From assembly GCA_964475635.1 (NCBI GenBank), contig CAYYXS010000019.1, positions 7,072 through 71,071 on the forward strand: a DNA stretch of 64,000 bases, written 5' to 3'. The notes beneath the pieces are model-generated. The model searched no databases. It saw only the letters and a program-made list of their open reading frames with translations, and was not told where the DNA came from. This document shows, one piece after another, positions 34,060 through 47,144 of the stretch. The DNA is from an uncultured Rhodocyclaceae bacterium (GTDB lineage: Bacteria > Pseudomonadota > Gammaproteobacteria > Burkholderiales > Rhodocyclaceae). Numbering within the stretch: position 1 is the stretch's first letter; each line of letters begins with the position of its first letter. Made by a program: the position numbers and the translations under genes.

Positions 34060-35418
34060 ATGTTCAAGCTTAATTCGGCGTTGGCCGCTTTACTCGCCTG
34101 TTGCCTGATTTCTCCCTTTGCGAACAATGCCATTGCCTCGGATCAGCCTAGTCTGATCATGGCGACAAGCATTGCCACGGACCCGGCCCTCCCCGATGCA
34201 TCGCTGCCGACAGTTGAGCTGGCCGACGAGCCACCACCATTATCCACGATCGATCTGACCCAGTCGCCGGACGACCTGTGGGAACGCATCCGCCGCGGCT
34301 TCGGCATGCCCGACCTGGACAGCCCTCTGGTGCAGCAGCAGCAGGCTTGGTACCTCGCCAGGCCGGAGTACCTGCGGCGCGTCGTCGAGCGCAGCCGACG
34401 CTACATGCACCACATCGTCGAGGAACTGGAAAAGCGCGGCATGCCCACCGAACTGGCCCTGCTGCCCATCGTTGAGAGCGCCTACAATCCGATGGCCTAC
34501 TCGCGCGCCCACGCATCGGGCATGTGGCAGTTCATTCCCTCTACCGGCAAGACCTACCAGCTCGATCAGAACTGGTGGATGGACGAACGGCGCGACATCA
34601 TCGCCTCTACCAGCGCCGCGCTGGAGTATCTGCAATCCATCTACGAGATGCACGGCGACTGGCATCTCGCGCTGGCCTCCTACAACTGGGGCGAAAACGC
34701 CGTGGCGCGGGCCATCAACAAGAACCAGGCGAAAGGCCTGCCGACGGATTACCTCAGCCTGACCATGCCCAACGAGACGCGTTGGTACGTGCCCAAGTTG
34801 CAGGCCCTGAAGAACATCATCGCCAAGCCCGGCCTGTTCAACGTCAGCCTGGATCCAATCCCCAACAAGCCTTATTTCCACACCGTCGAAGTCTCCGCCC
34901 ACATGGACGTGGCCATCGCCGCCCGTCTGGCGGAAATGACCATCGAGGAGTTCCTCGCCCTCAATCCGGCCTACAACCGGCCGGTGATCCCCGACAAGGG
35001 CGGCGCCAACATTGTCCTGCCGGCAGACAAGGTCGACGTCTTCCTGTCCAACTTGGAAGCGTACAACAAGCCGCTGACGAACTGGCAGGCCTACACCATC
35101 AAGAAAGGCGAGGGGCTGGAGAGCGTAGCGAAGAAACACGGCCTCACCGTAGCGCGCCTGCGGCAGGTGAACGGAATCAGCGCCAAAATGCGCATCGGAC
35201 CGGGTCACACCCTGCTGGTGCCGGCCAACGGCAACGCCGCAACGGGCAACCTGCTTGCGGTCAACCTGCCGGTGGTCAAGCCGGCCATCAGCAAGCCACC
35301 GGTCAAGAGCAGCAAGGCTGTGTCGAAAAAGGGCGGCAAAAAAGCGGTCGCCGCGAAGAAAAACAGCGTAAAACCTGTAAGGAAAACTGTGGTCAACCGA
35401 TCGTCTCGCCGAGGCTGA
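34060..35418 (+). CDS. mltD: SLT + LysM lytic transglycosylase D
   Basis: LLPIVESAYNP, ASGMWQFIPSTG, LASYNWGE, ETRWYVPKL, LysM YTIKKGEGL; Lys-rich tail. Confidence 0.92.
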   Translation: MFKLNSALAALLACCLISPFANNAIASDQPSLIMATSIATDPALPDASLPTVELADEPPPLSTIDLTQSPDDLWERIRRGFGMPDLDSPLVQQQQAWYLARPEYLRRVVERSRRYMHHIVEELEKRGMPTELALLPIVESAYNPMAYSRAHASGMWQFIPSTGKTYQLDQNWWMDERRDIIASTSAALEYLQSIYEMHGDWHLALASYNWGENAVARAINKNQAKGLPTDYLSLTMPNETRWYVPKLQALKNIIAKPGLFNVSLDPIPNKPYFHTVEVSAHMDVAIAARLAEMTIEEFLALNPAYNRPVIPDKGGANIVLPADKVDVFLSNLEAYNKPLTNWQAYTIKKGEGLESVAKKHGLTVARLRQVNGISAKMRIGPGHTLLVPANGNAATGNLLAVNLPVVKPAISKPPVKSSKAVSKKGGKKAVAAKKNSVKPVRKTVVNRSSRRG

Positions 35419-35487
35419 TTGCCAATGCCTGTTTTGCTGTGACGCATGGCTATCCGGGATGTCGCGATAGGTTCTAAACTGCGCCGC

Positions 35488-37302
35488 ATGCAAAGTGTCC
35501 TCACCTTTTCCCGCCTTATCCGCTTCGGCATCGTCCTGGTGCTGACGGCGACGCCGGCCATCGCCGCTGCCGCACACGGCCTGGCGCTGGGCGCCGCTCC
35601 CAAGTACCCGGCTGACTTTGCCCACTTCGATTATGTCAATCCGCAGGCGCCAAAAGGGGGAGATCTGTACCTGGCCTCGATGGGCGGCTTCGACAAGCTG
35701 AACCCGTTCTCACTGAAAGGAACGGCGCCGGCCGGACTGACAGACCTGGTGTTCGAAACCCTCGCCGTACAAAGCGATGACGAGCCGTTTAGCATGTATG
35801 GCCTGCTGGCAGAAGACATGCAACTGGCGGCCGACCGGCTCTCAATCACTTTCCGGCTGAACGCCCGGGCCCGCTTCTCCAACGGCGAGCCGGTGACGGC
35901 GCTGGACGTGAAGCACTCCTACGACATGCTGATGAGCAAAGCCGCCAGCCCCCTGTTTCGCGCGCTCTGGTCGGATGTGCGGGACGTTGTGGTGATCGAT
36001 CCGCGCACGGTGCGCTTCGAATTCAAGCGCCGCAACCGCGAGTTGCACATGATCGTCGGCCAGCTGCCGGTTTTTGCTCGAACCTGGGGCGCGGGAAAAC
36101 CCTTCGGTAAAATCATGCTCGATCAGCCTATTGCCAGCGGCCCCTATATCATCGAGCGCATGGACCTCGGCCGCAGCATTGTCTATCGCCGTAACCCGGG
36201 CTATTGGGGCGCACAACTGCCGTCGCGCAGCGGCATGTTCAATTACGACCGCGTGTCATTCCGCTACTACAAGGATGAACTGGTGCGCCTCGAAGCCTTC
36301 AAGGCCGGCGAATTCGACTTCGTACACGAGAACGTCGCCAAGAACTGGGCGCGCGGCTACAAGGGTGCCAAGTTCGATCGGGGGGAAATCATCCGGCGCG
36401 AACTCACCCACCAGAATCCGCAAGGCATGCAGGGATTCGTTTTCAACCTGCGCCGTCCGCTGTTCCAGGACGTGCGCGTGCGCAAGGCGCTGTCCCTGGC
36501 GTTGGATTTCGAGTGGATGAACCGCCAGCTCTTCTACAACCAGTACCTTCGAAGCTACAGTTTTTTCACCAACAGCGACATGGCCGCCCGCGGCGTACCC
36601 TCGAAGGGAGAACTCGATCTGCTGCAGCCGGTCGCCAAGTATATCGAGCCGGCCGCCTTCGCCCCTGTCGAGGCGCCGGCGAGCACCGCCCCGCCGCGCT
36701 CCCTGCGCGACAACCTGCGCCAGGCACGCGAACTGCTGGAAAACGCCGGCTGGAATTACCGGGACGGAGCCATGCGCAACGCCAGAGGCGAGCCCCTGGA
36801 GTTCGAGTTCCTGCTCGACCGGAAGAGCTGGGAGCGGGTGGTGGCACCTTACGCCCGCAATCTGGAGAAACTCGGCATCGCAGCCCGCTATCGCGTGCTG
36901 GATGCTGCGCTCTACGCCAAGCGGGTCGACGATTTCGACTTCGACATCATCACCCACTGGTATCTGTCGAGCCAGAGTCCAGGCAACGAGCTGTTCCTGC
37001 GGTTCGCCAGCGAATCCGCCGACGAAAAGGGCTCGCACAACCTGATGGGGCTGAAAAATCCGGGAATCGACAGTCTGGTCCAGGCCGTGCTCACCACCGA
37101 AACGCGGCAGGAGCTGGTCATCGCCTGCCGTGCCCTCGACCGCGCCCTGCTGGCAGGCCATTACGTCATTCCGCATTGGCACAACACGACGCACCGGGTA
37201 GCCTACAAAAACCGCTTCGGCATACCGGACCGGCAGCCCCTCTACTATCATTCGGAGGATTGGATGCTGAAGGCCTGGTGGATACTGCCGCAAGCGCGGT
37301 AA
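35488..37302 (+). CDS. yejA: Peptide ABC transporter solute-binding protein (YejA-like)
   Basis: PKYPADFAHFDYVNPQAPKGG, FDKLNPF, IASGPY; start uncertain (35446 or 35488). Confidence 0.88.
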   Translation: MQSVLTFSRLIRFGIVLVLTATPAIAAAAHGLALGAAPKYPADFAHFDYVNPQAPKGGDLYLASMGGFDKLNPFSLKGTAPAGLTDLVFETLAVQSDDEPFSMYGLLAEDMQLAADRLSITFRLNARARFSNGEPVTALDVKHSYDMLMSKAASPLFRALWSDVRDVVVIDPRTVRFEFKRRNRELHMIVGQLPVFARTWGAGKPFGKIMLDQPIASGPYIIERMDLGRSIVYRRNPGYWGAQLPSRSGMFNYDRVSFRYYKDELVRLEAFKAGEFDFVHENVAKNWARGYKGAKFDRGEIIRRELTHQNPQGMQGFVFNLRRPLFQDVRVRKALSLALDFEWMNRQLFYNQYLRSYSFFTNSDMAARGVPSKGELDLLQPVAKYIEPAAFAPVEAPASTAPPRSLRDNLRQARELLENAGWNYRDGAMRNARGEPLEFEFLLDRKSWERVVAPYARNLEKLGIAARYRVLDAALYAKRVDDFDFDIITHWYLSSQSPGNELFLRFASESADEKGSHNLMGLKNPGIDSLVQAVLTTETRQELVIACRALDRALLAGHYVIPHWHNTTHRVAYKNRFGIPDRQPLYYHSEDWMLKAWWILPQAR

Positions 37303-37312
37303 GGAAACGACC

Positions 37313-38365
37313 ATGCTCGGCTACATTCTCAAGCGCCTCCTGCTGATGATCCCGACCCTGCTTGGCATCCTGCTGCTGACCTTTACCGTCATTCAGTTTG
37401 TTCCCGGCGGGCCGGTGGACCAGATGGTGCAGTTGCTCAAGGGCCATGCCGGCGGCGAGGAAGTGGCGGCGAGCACCGCCAACGTCTATCGCGGCAGCCG
37501 TGGCGTCGATCCGGAGAAGCTGGCGGAAATCAAGGCGCTCTATGGTTTCGACAAGCCTGCCCACGAGCGCTTCTTCGAGATGTTGCGGCGCTTCGCCCGC
37601 TTCGATCTGGGCACCAGCTACTTCCAGCACCAGGATGTTTGGACGCTCATCAGATCGAAGCTGCCGGTATCCATCAGCCTCGGCCTGTGGACTTTCCTGC
37701 TTACCTATCTCATCTCAGTGCCGCTGGGCATCGCCAAGGCCGTAAGGCACGGCTCGACCTTCGACCTAGTCAGCAGCACCATCGTCCTGGTCGGCTATGC
37801 CATCCCCGGCTTCGTCCTCGGCGTGGCATTGCTCGTGCTGTTCGGCGGAGGCAGTTTTCTCCAACTGTTTCCCTTGCGCGGCCTCACCTCTGATAATTGG
37901 GAACAACTCAGCCTCGTCGGCAAGGTGCTTGATTACCTCTGGCACATCACCCTGCCGGTCGCCGCTTCGGTGGTGGGTGCCTTCGCCGTCACCACCATGC
38001 TGACCAAGAATACCTTTCTCGAAGAATTCCGCCGGCAATACGTCCTGACTGCCCGCGCCAAGGGGCTCTCGGAGCGCAGGGTGCTCTACAAGCACGTCTT
38101 CCGCAACGCCATGATTCCGCTGGTGACGGGCTTCCCCTCAGCCTTCATCGGCGCCTTTTTCACCGGCAGTCTGCTGATCGAAACCCTGTTCTCCCTCGAC
38201 GGGCTGGGACTACTCTCCTACGAATCGGTCATGAAACGCGACTATCCCGTCGTGATGGGCACGCTTTATCTGTTCACACTGATCGGCCTCGTCACCAAGC
38301 TGATCACCGACCTGTGCTACGTGCTGGTGGATCCCCGGGTGCAGTTCGGAGAGGCAGGACGATGA
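37313..38365 (+). CDS. yejB: Peptide ABC transporter permease (YejB-like)
   Basis: YILKRLLLMIPTL, YVLTARAKGL, HVFRNAM. Confidence 0.88.
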   Translation: MLGYILKRLLLMIPTLLGILLLTFTVIQFVPGGPVDQMVQLLKGHAGGEEVAASTANVYRGSRGVDPEKLAEIKALYGFDKPAHERFFEMLRRFARFDLGTSYFQHQDVWTLIRSKLPVSISLGLWTFLLTYLISVPLGIAKAVRHGSTFDLVSSTIVLVGYAIPGFVLGVALLVLFGGGSFLQLFPLRGLTSDNWEQLSLVGKVLDYLWHITLPVAASVVGAFAVTTMLTKNTFLEEFRRQYVLTARAKGLSERRVLYKHVFRNAMIPLVTGFPSAFIGAFFTGSLLIETLFSLDGLGLLSYESVMKRDYPVVMGTLYLFTLIGLVTKLITDLCYVLVDPRVQFGEAGR

Positions 38366-39429
38366 ACGAGACAGAGCGCCAAGAGGCCGCCGAAGCGGTG
38401 GCGACGGCCCGCTCGCTGTCGCCGACCAGGCGCGCCTGGCTGCGCTTCAAAGCCGATCGCCGCGGCTACTGGAGCCTGTGCATCCTGGCCGCTCTCTTCC
38501 TGTTCAGCCTGTGCGCCGAACTGCTCTCGAACGACAAGCCGCTCCTCATCCGCTACAACGGCGAGTTCTACGCGCCGATGTTCGCAAGCTACCCGGAAAA
38601 GACCTTCGGCGGCGATTTCATCACGCCGACCGATTACCTGGACCCGTTTATCGCAGGGCAGATTTCCCGGGGGGACAACTGGGCGATCTATCCACTCAAC
38701 CGCTATCGTTTCGACACCATCAACTATTTCTCCTCCAGCCCGAACCCGGCCCCCCCTTCATCTGACAACTGGCTCGGCACCGACGACCGGGGGCGGGATG
38801 TGCTGGCACGACTCATCTATGGCTTCCGGCTATCGCTGCTCTTCGGCCTCGCCCTCACCGCCATCGGCATGCTCGTCGGTGTGCTGACCGGTGCCATCCA
38901 GGGCTATCTGGGCGGACGCACCGACCTATGGTTCCAGCGCTTCATCGAGATATGGGGCTCCATGCCGGAGCTCTATCTGTTGCTGATCTTCGCTTCGCTC
39001 TTCGAGCCGAGCCTGCTGCTCCTGCTGCTGCTGCTGTCCCTGTTCGGCTGGATGGGGCTGTCCGACTACGTGCGCGCCGAATTCCTGCGCAACCGCAACC
39101 TCGAATACGTCATGGCAGCGCGCGCGCTTGGCCTCTCCGGCAAACAGATCATGTGGCGCCACCTCCTACCGAACTGCCTGACGCCGGTGATCGCCTTCCT
39201 GCCCTTTCGCATGAGCGGTGCGATCCTCGCCCTCACCAGCCTGGATTTCCTCGGCCTCGGCGTACCGCCCACCACACCCAGCCTGGGTGAGCTGCTGTCC
39301 CAAGGCAAGAACAACCTCGATGCCTGGTGGATCTCGCTCACCACCTTCCTGGTGCTGGTCGGTACCCTGATGCTGCTGATTTTCATCGGCGAGGGGCTCC
39401 GTTCCGCGCTGGACACGCGCAAGGGCTAG
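38362..39429 (+). CDS. yejE: Peptide ABC transporter permease (YejE-like)
   Basis: LGTDDRGRDVLARLIYGFR, YVMAARALG, HLLPN. Confidence 0.88.
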   Translation: MNETERQEAAEAVATARSLSPTRRAWLRFKADRRGYWSLCILAALFLFSLCAELLSNDKPLLIRYNGEFYAPMFASYPEKTFGGDFITPTDYLDPFIAGQISRGDNWAIYPLNRYRFDTINYFSSSPNPAPPSSDNWLGTDDRGRDVLARLIYGFRLSLLFGLALTAIGMLVGVLTGAIQGYLGGRTDLWFQRFIEIWGSMPELYLLLIFASLFEPSLLLLLLLLSLFGWMGLSDYVRAEFLRNRNLEYVMAARALGLSGKQIMWRHLLPNCLTPVIAFLPFRMSGAILALTSLDFLGLGVPPTTPSLGELLSQGKNNLDAWWISLTTFLVLVGTLMLLIFIGEGLRSALDTRKG

Positions 39430-39437
39430 AACCCATC

Positions 39438-41033
39438 GTGTCTAAGCCCCTCCTTTCCATCAGCAACCTCATGGTCGATTTCGGCCCGGCCCGCGTCGTC
39501 GGGAAGCTGTCCTTCGAGATCGCACCTGGCGAGAAATTCGCCCTCGTCGGCGAATCCGGCTCGGGCAAGACTGTCACGGCGCTGTCCATCCTGCAGCTCA
39601 ATCAGGGGGCCAGCTACGACGGCAGCATCGTCTGGGCTCCCGCCGAGCACGCGGCAACCGATCTGCTTGCTCTGGACGAGCGACGCCTGCGCGGTGTGCG
39701 CGGAAGCGAAGTCGCCATGATCTTCCAGGAGCCGATGACGGCCCTCAACCCGCTCTACACGATAGGCAACCAGATCGTCGAGTCGCTGCAGCTTCACGAG
39801 GGCCTGTCCCTGTCGGCGGCTACCGGCCGTGCCATCGAGCTGCTGCGGCGCACCGGAGTACCCGAGGCAGAACGTCGCTTCGCCAGCTATCCGCACCAGC
39901 TCTCGGGCGGGCAGCGCCAGCGCGCCATGATCGCGATGGCTCTGGCCTGCCGCCCGAAGCTGCTGATCGCCGATGAACCGACCACTGCGCTGGATGTCAC
40001 CATACAGGCGCAGATCCTCGCGCTGTTGAACGAACTGCAGCAGGAATTCGGCATGGCCGTCCTGCTGATCACCCATGACCTGAACCTGGTGCGCCGCTTT
40101 GCCGACCGCGTCGGCGTCATGCAGGCCGGCAAACTGGTCGAGACAGCACCCAGCGGGCGCCTGTTCTCCTCGCCGCAGCACGAATACACACGCCTGCTGC
40201 TCGGCAGCCGACCGCAGCGAAGGATCGCCCCCCCCGACAGCGAAGCGCCCGTGCTGCTCGAGGCAAGGCGGCTTTCCTGTGCCTTCCAGTTCAGGCGCGG
40301 CTGGTTCAGGCATGATCGTTTTGTCGCCGTCGACCGCGCCGACCTGCAACTGCGCCGCGGAGAAACCCTGGGTATCGTCGGCGAATCCGGCTCCGGCAAG
40401 ACCACGCTCGGCCTGGCCCTGCTCAGGCTGCAGGCGGCGACGGGAGAAATCGTTTTCGACAGCGATCGTCTCGATACCCTGCAGCAGCCGGCGCTTCGCC
40501 GCCTGCGCAAGCGCATGCAGATGGTGTTCCAAGATCCCTTCTCTTCCCTCTCGCCCCGCCGCACCGTCGAGCAGATCGTCGGGGAAGGACTGGAATTGCA
40601 CTTTCCGGAGCTGTCCGCTGCCGAACGCCGGAAGCGCGTCGTCGATATCCTCGCCGAAGTCGGCCTGGAGGAGTCCATGCTTGGCCGTTACCCCCACGAA
40701 TTCTCCGGCGGCCAGCGCCAGCGTATCGCCATTGCCCGCGTGGCGGTGCTGCAGCCAGATCTGATTCTGCTCGACGAACCGACCAGCGCCCTTGATGCCA
40801 CCGTGCAGAAACAAGTGCTGGGCCTGCTGGCGGAACTGCAGCGACGCCATGGCATGAGTTATCTGTTCATCACGCACGACCTGTCGGTCATCCGCGCCGT
40901 CGCGCACCGGATCATCGTCATGAAGGACGGACGCATTGTCGAAAGCGGCGAAACCGAGGCGGTGCTCAATCAACCGTCGCAGCCCTACACGCGCGAATTG
41001 CTCGCGGCGGCGCTGCCCGACAGGGATGCATAG
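39438..41033 (+). CDS. yejF: Dual-domain peptide ABC ATPase (YejF-like)
   Basis: Two GESGSGKT Walker A motifs, LSGGQRQR and FSGGQRQR signatures; GTG start. Confidence 0.9.
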   Translation: MSKPLLSISNLMVDFGPARVVGKLSFEIAPGEKFALVGESGSGKTVTALSILQLNQGASYDGSIVWAPAEHAATDLLALDERRLRGVRGSEVAMIFQEPMTALNPLYTIGNQIVESLQLHEGLSLSAATGRAIELLRRTGVPEAERRFASYPHQLSGGQRQRAMIAMALACRPKLLIADEPTTALDVTIQAQILALLNELQQEFGMAVLLITHDLNLVRRFADRVGVMQAGKLVETAPSGRLFSSPQHEYTRLLLGSRPQRRIAPPDSEAPVLLEARRLSCAFQFRRGWFRHDRFVAVDRADLQLRRGETLGIVGESGSGKTTLGLALLRLQAATGEIVFDSDRLDTLQQPALRRLRKRMQMVFQDPFSSLSPRRTVEQIVGEGLELHFPELSAAERRKRVVDILAEVGLEESMLGRYPHEFSGGQRQRIAIARVAVLQPDLILLDEPTSALDATVQKQVLGLLAELQRRHGMSYLFITHDLSVIRAVAHRIIVMKDGRIVESGETEAVLNQPSQPYTRELLAAALPDRDA

Positions 41034-41102
41034 CTCCGACGCGAGGGGATGCCCGCAGCGAATCCGCTATAATCCCGTCGTCACGTTTACGAAGGATGGA
41101 TA

Positions 41103-41903
41103 ATGGGCTTTCTCGTTGGAAAACGCATCCTCATTACCGGCCTGCTGTCCAACCGCTCCATTGCATATGGCATCGCCAAGGCCTGCCACCGCGAGGGGGC
41201 GCAGCTCGCTTTCACCTACCAGAACGACCGATTCAAGGAGCGCCTCGCCAAGTTTGCCGATGAATTCGGCAGCCAGCTGGTCTTCCCATGCGATGTGGCG
41301 GAAGACGCGCAAATCGAGGCGCTGTTCGGCGAACTGGGCCGGCACTGGGAAGGTCTCGACGGACTGGTGCATTCCATTGCCTTCGCACCGAGCGAGGCCA
41401 TCGAGGGCGATTTCCTCGACGGCATCACGCGCGAAGCCTTTCGCATCGCCCACGACGTTTCCGCCTACAGCTTCCCGGCCCTGGCCAAGGCGGCGCGGCC
41501 CCTGCTGCTGAAGGGCAATCACCCCGCCCTGCTCTGCCTGACCTACCTCGGCGCCGAACGCACCATGCCCAACTACAACACCATGGGACTGGCCAAAGCC
41601 AGCCTGGAAGCCAGCACGCGCTATCTGGCCTTCTGCCTCGGCCCGCAGGGTATCCGCGCCAACGCCATCTCGGCCGGCCCGATCAAGACCCTGGCCGCCT
41701 CAGGCATCGGCAACTTCGGCAAGCTGCTTGCCTACAACGCCCACCACGCGCCCTTGCGTCGCAATGTCACAATAGAAGAAGTCGGCAACGCCGCCGCGTT
41801 CATGCTCTCCGATCTGGCGAGCGGCATCACGGGCGAGATCATGTACGTTGACGGCGGACTCAACACCACGGCACTGGGCAACGCCGAACCGTTGCCGCAG
41901 TAA
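41103..41903 (+). CDS. fabI: Enoyl-ACP reductase
   Basis: [33 protein letters not shown]; TATAAT -10 at 41068-41073. Confidence 0.97.
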   Translation: MGFLVGKRILITGLLSNRSIAYGIAKACHREGAQLAFTYQNDRFKERLAKFADEFGSQLVFPCDVAEDAQIEALFGELGRHWEGLDGLVHSIAFAPSEAIEGDFLDGITREAFRIAHDVSAYSFPALAKAARPLLLKGNHPALLCLTYLGAERTMPNYNTMGLAKASLEASTRYLAFCLGPQGIRANAISAGPIKTLAASGIGNFGKLLAYNAHHAPLRRNVTIEEVGNAAAFMLSDLASGITGEIMYVDGGLNTTALGNAEPLPQ

Positions 41904-41955
41904 GCGAAAATAAACGGGCGGCCGCGACAGCCCGGGATGCGAGCTGCGGCCGCGA

Positions 41956-43869
41956 CTACTCTGCCCCAGCCTTCGACAACGCCTCCCAGTTCACCTTCAC
42001 GCCATAGCGCTCGCGCAGGGCGGTGATATAGGCGTTGAAGTCCTCCACCCCGCTGAGTTGCGAGAGCTGGGCGCGCTGCGCCCGGGCCAGCGGATTGCCA
42101 GCGCTCTTTCCTGCCCCGGAGCGGACTTCCGAAATGCGATAGATGACATAGCTGCCATTCGGCATTTGCATGCCCACATAGGTCGGCAGCCTGACTGCGG
42201 CCGCCTTGAAAATAGCGCGTTGCGCTTCCGGCGCCAGTCCGCGCATAGGCTGGCGGACCACCGTCTGCGAGGGACCCCAGGAAAGCGCCATCGGCTCACC
42301 TTCGCGAAGCCGCGCCAGCTTCGATTCGCCATCCTTCGTTGCCAGGCGGCCAGCCTCCTCCGCTGCCAGCTTTTTTTCAATGTCGCCCTTCGCGGAATCG
42401 AATTCGCGCAATTGAGCCGGTCGCAGTTCCAGCACGCGCGCCGCCGCCAGCGTGTTCGGCGCAACCTCGACGGCATCCGTGTTGCGTTTGTGCTTCAGGG
42501 CATCTTCTGAAAAAAGGGCCGAGAACAGCCTTTCGTTACCCGCCAGCGGTCCGGCAGGGACACGATTGGCCTGATCGAAAAAATCCGTCTGCCGAACCTG
42601 CAGTCCGAACTTTTCTGCCGCCGGTTGAAGGCTGTCGGATTGCTCATACACCATGTTCGAGAAGACCTCGGCCGCTTCGGCAAACTTCTTCCCCGCCGCC
42701 TGGAGCCTGAGTTCGGACGAGATGGAATCGCGCGCCTCCTCCAGGCTGCGCACCTTTCTCGGCTTGATGCCGGTGAGTCGTATGATGTGGAAGCCGAACT
42801 CCGTCCGAACCACATCGCTCACCTGGTTTTCCTTCATGGAAAAAACAGCCTCCTCGAAGGGCTTGACCATGGCGCCACGCGCGAAATAGCCGAGATCTCC
42901 GCCCTTCGGACCAGAGCCTGGATCCTGCGAATGTTCCTTCGCCAGCCTGGCGAAATCGCCGGCGCTTTTCCTTGCTTGCTGCAGGATCGATTCGATTCTG
43001 GCCCGTGCCGCCTTCTGCTCGGCTTCGGGGGCGTCCGGCGGAGACTGGATAAGGATATGGCTGGCACGTCGCTCCTCCTGGGCGACGTAGTTCTTTGCGT
43101 TCCGTTCGTAGGCAGCCTTGATTTCCTCCGGGCTGACGGAAGCCTGCGCCGCCAACGCCTCGCGGCTCAGCACGACGTATTCGGCTCTTATCTGCAGCGG
43201 CACCTCGAATTGCCGGCGGTTCTTCTCGTAATAGTCCCTCACCGCCTCGGCCGGAATCTTCACCCTGCCGGCGAATTGCCCAGGCAGGACCGCAACCTCG
43301 CTGACTTGCCGCTCCTCGAGCTGGATGGCGATCGCGCTTTCGGCGGCGGCATTCGAAATGATCGCGGTGTCGGAAATCGCCTGCACCATTTGCTGCAGGG
43401 TAAGGTCCTGCCTCAGCTTGGCCTCGAACCCGGCCTGGGTCAGGCCCTGCGCGCGCAGCGCCTGCTCGTAGCGGCGCAACGAGAACTTGCCTTCTTCCTG
43501 CAGCGCCGGGATCGATCCGATCACCTCGCGCACCTGGGCGTCCCCGGCAGTCAGTCCGGACTTGGACGCATGCAGCAGCATCACACGCTGGGTCACCAGC
43601 GAATCCAGCATCGCCTGACGCGCTTCGGGCGTCTCCAGCATGGCTGGGTTGAACTCGCGCCCCAACTGGCCGCGCAGGCGATCCTGCTGCTCGCGCATGG
43701 CCTGTGAGAATTCCTGCTGGGATATCTTGCTGCCGCCGACGCTGGCCAGTTCTCCGGCTCCGCCGCTGGCGCGAAAATAGGAATCGACGCCCCAGAACGC
43801 GAAGGGCAACGTGATCAGGGCAAGAAAAATCTGAACGATGCGTTTGTTGTTGCGAACTGCGTCAAACAT
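41956..43869 (-). CDS. ppiD: SurA-N / parvulin periplasmic chaperone PpiD
   Basis: N-terminal TM after MFDAVRNNKR, RRASHILI, GGDLGYF, FGFHIIRL. Confidence 0.9.
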   Translation of the reverse strand: MFDAVRNNKRIVQIFLALITLPFAFWGVDSYFRASGGAGELASVGGSKISQQEFSQAMREQQDRLRGQLGREFNPAMLETPEARQAMLDSLVTQRVMLLHASKSGLTAGDAQVREVIGSIPALQEEGKFSLRRYEQALRAQGLTQAGFEAKLRQDLTLQQMVQAISDTAIISNAAAESAIAIQLEERQVSEVAVLPGQFAGRVKIPAEAVRDYYEKNRRQFEVPLQIRAEYVVLSREALAAQASVSPEEIKAAYERNAKNYVAQEERRASHILIQSPPDAPEAEQKAARARIESILQQARKSAGDFARLAKEHSQDPGSGPKGGDLGYFARGAMVKPFEEAVFSMKENQVSDVVRTEFGFHIIRLTGIKPRKVRSLEEARDSISSELRLQAAGKKFAEAAEVFSNMVYEQSDSLQPAAEKFGLQVRQTDFFDQANRVPAGPLAGNERLFSALFSEDALKHKRNTDAVEVAPNTLAAARVLELRPAQLREFDSAKGDIEKKLAAEEAGRLATKDGESKLARLREGEPMALSWGPSQTVVRQPMRGLAPEAQRAIFKAAAVRLPTYVGMQMPNGSYVIYRISEVRSGAGKSAGNPLARAQRAQLSQLSGVEDFNAYITALRERYGVKVNWEALSKAGAE

Positions 43870-43901
43870 GCGCGACCACCGTTTCAAAGGTGATGATTGA
43901 A

Positions 43902-43931
43902 AAAAAAGGCGAACATGCGTTCGCCTTTTTT
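43902..43931. terminator. Intrinsic terminator downstream of tRNA-Asp
   Basis: AAAAAAGGCGAAC-ATGC-GTTCGCCTTTTTT. Confidence 0.85.
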
Positions 43932-43937
43932 CGTTGC

Positions 43938-44014
43938 TGGCGGAGTGGACGGGACTCGAACCCGCGACCCCCGGCGTGACAGGCCGGTATTCTAACCGAC
44001 TGAACTACCACTCC
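43938..44014 (-). tRNA. tRNA-Asp(GTC)
   Basis: 77 nt; anticodon arm CCGGC-CTGTCAC-GCCGG; 3' CCA. Confidence 0.96.
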
Positions 44015-44056
44015 TGAATCCTCTTGCTGCCCGCCAGGATCGTCACTAATCCTGGC

Positions 44057-44132
44057 TGGTGGGTGCTGACGGGATCGAACCGCCGACATCCTCCTTGTAA
44101 GGGAGGCACTCTACCTACTGAGTTAAGCACCC
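44057..44132 (-). tRNA. tRNA-Val(TAC)
   Basis: 76 nt; anticodon arm CCTCC-CTTACAA-GGAGG; 3' CCA. Confidence 0.95.
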
Positions 44133-44180
44133 GCTCGTTTCGCCGTCCGCTATAACCTCAGCCGGCTCGATGAAAGTCCG

Positions 44181-44453
44181 CTAGTTTACCGCATCTTTGA
44201 GCGCTTTTCCAGCACGAAACTTCGGCACGCGTGCCGCCTTGATCTTGATGTTCGCGCCGGTGCGCGGATTGCGGCCGCTGCGCGCCGCGCGCTTGCCGAC
44301 ATAGAACGTGCCGAAGCCAACCAGCGTCACCATGCCGCCCCTTTTCAGCGAGGTCCGGATCGCGCCGACTGCGGCATCCAGCGCGCGGCCAGCCGCCGCC
44401 TTTGAGATATCGGCCGACTTGGCGATCTGATCGATGAGTTCTGACTTGTTCAC
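44181..44453 (-). CDS. hupB: DNA-binding protein HU
   Basis: MNKSELID...VTLVGFGTF...GRNPRTG...[14 protein letters not shown]. Confidence 0.96.
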   Translation of the reverse strand: MNKSELIDQIAKSADISKAAAGRALDAAVGAIRTSLKRGGMVTLVGFGTFYVGKRAARSGRNPRTGANIKIKAARVPKFRAGKALKDAVN

Positions 44454-44502
44454 AATGCCCCCTCTGACTTTGGTTTGATGAATGGCAAACAGACGAACGC
44501 GC

Positions 44503-44532
44503 TTTATAGCAAGCCGAAAAACAATGTGTCAA
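44503..44532 (-). promoter_or_regulatory. sigma70 promoter of hupB
   Basis: TTGACA-N18-TATAAA. Confidence 0.7.
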
Positions 44533-44633
44533 GCCGGAACAGCGCGAGCCGGGAAATCATCGAACGGACCCTGCAAATAAAACAAGCCTTCCGGGATATT
44601 CCCGAGAAGGCCTGCCTGCGATTCGCTGCAGTA

Positions 44634-47045
<2,412 letters not shown>

Positions 47046-47082
47046 GATCGTTATCCTTTATAGAGACGGCCGTTCAGCCCAC

Positions 47083-47109
47083 ATGGGGGTCAACGGCAGA
47101 AAATTCAAG
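47083..47109 (-). promoter_or_regulatory. sigma32 (RpoH) heat-shock promoter of lon
   Basis: CTTGAA-N15-CCCCATGT, matching the sigma32 consensus. Confidence 0.78.
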
Positions 47110-47144
47110 AAGTTCAACCAACCTGAAAAGGCCGGCCGAATCAG

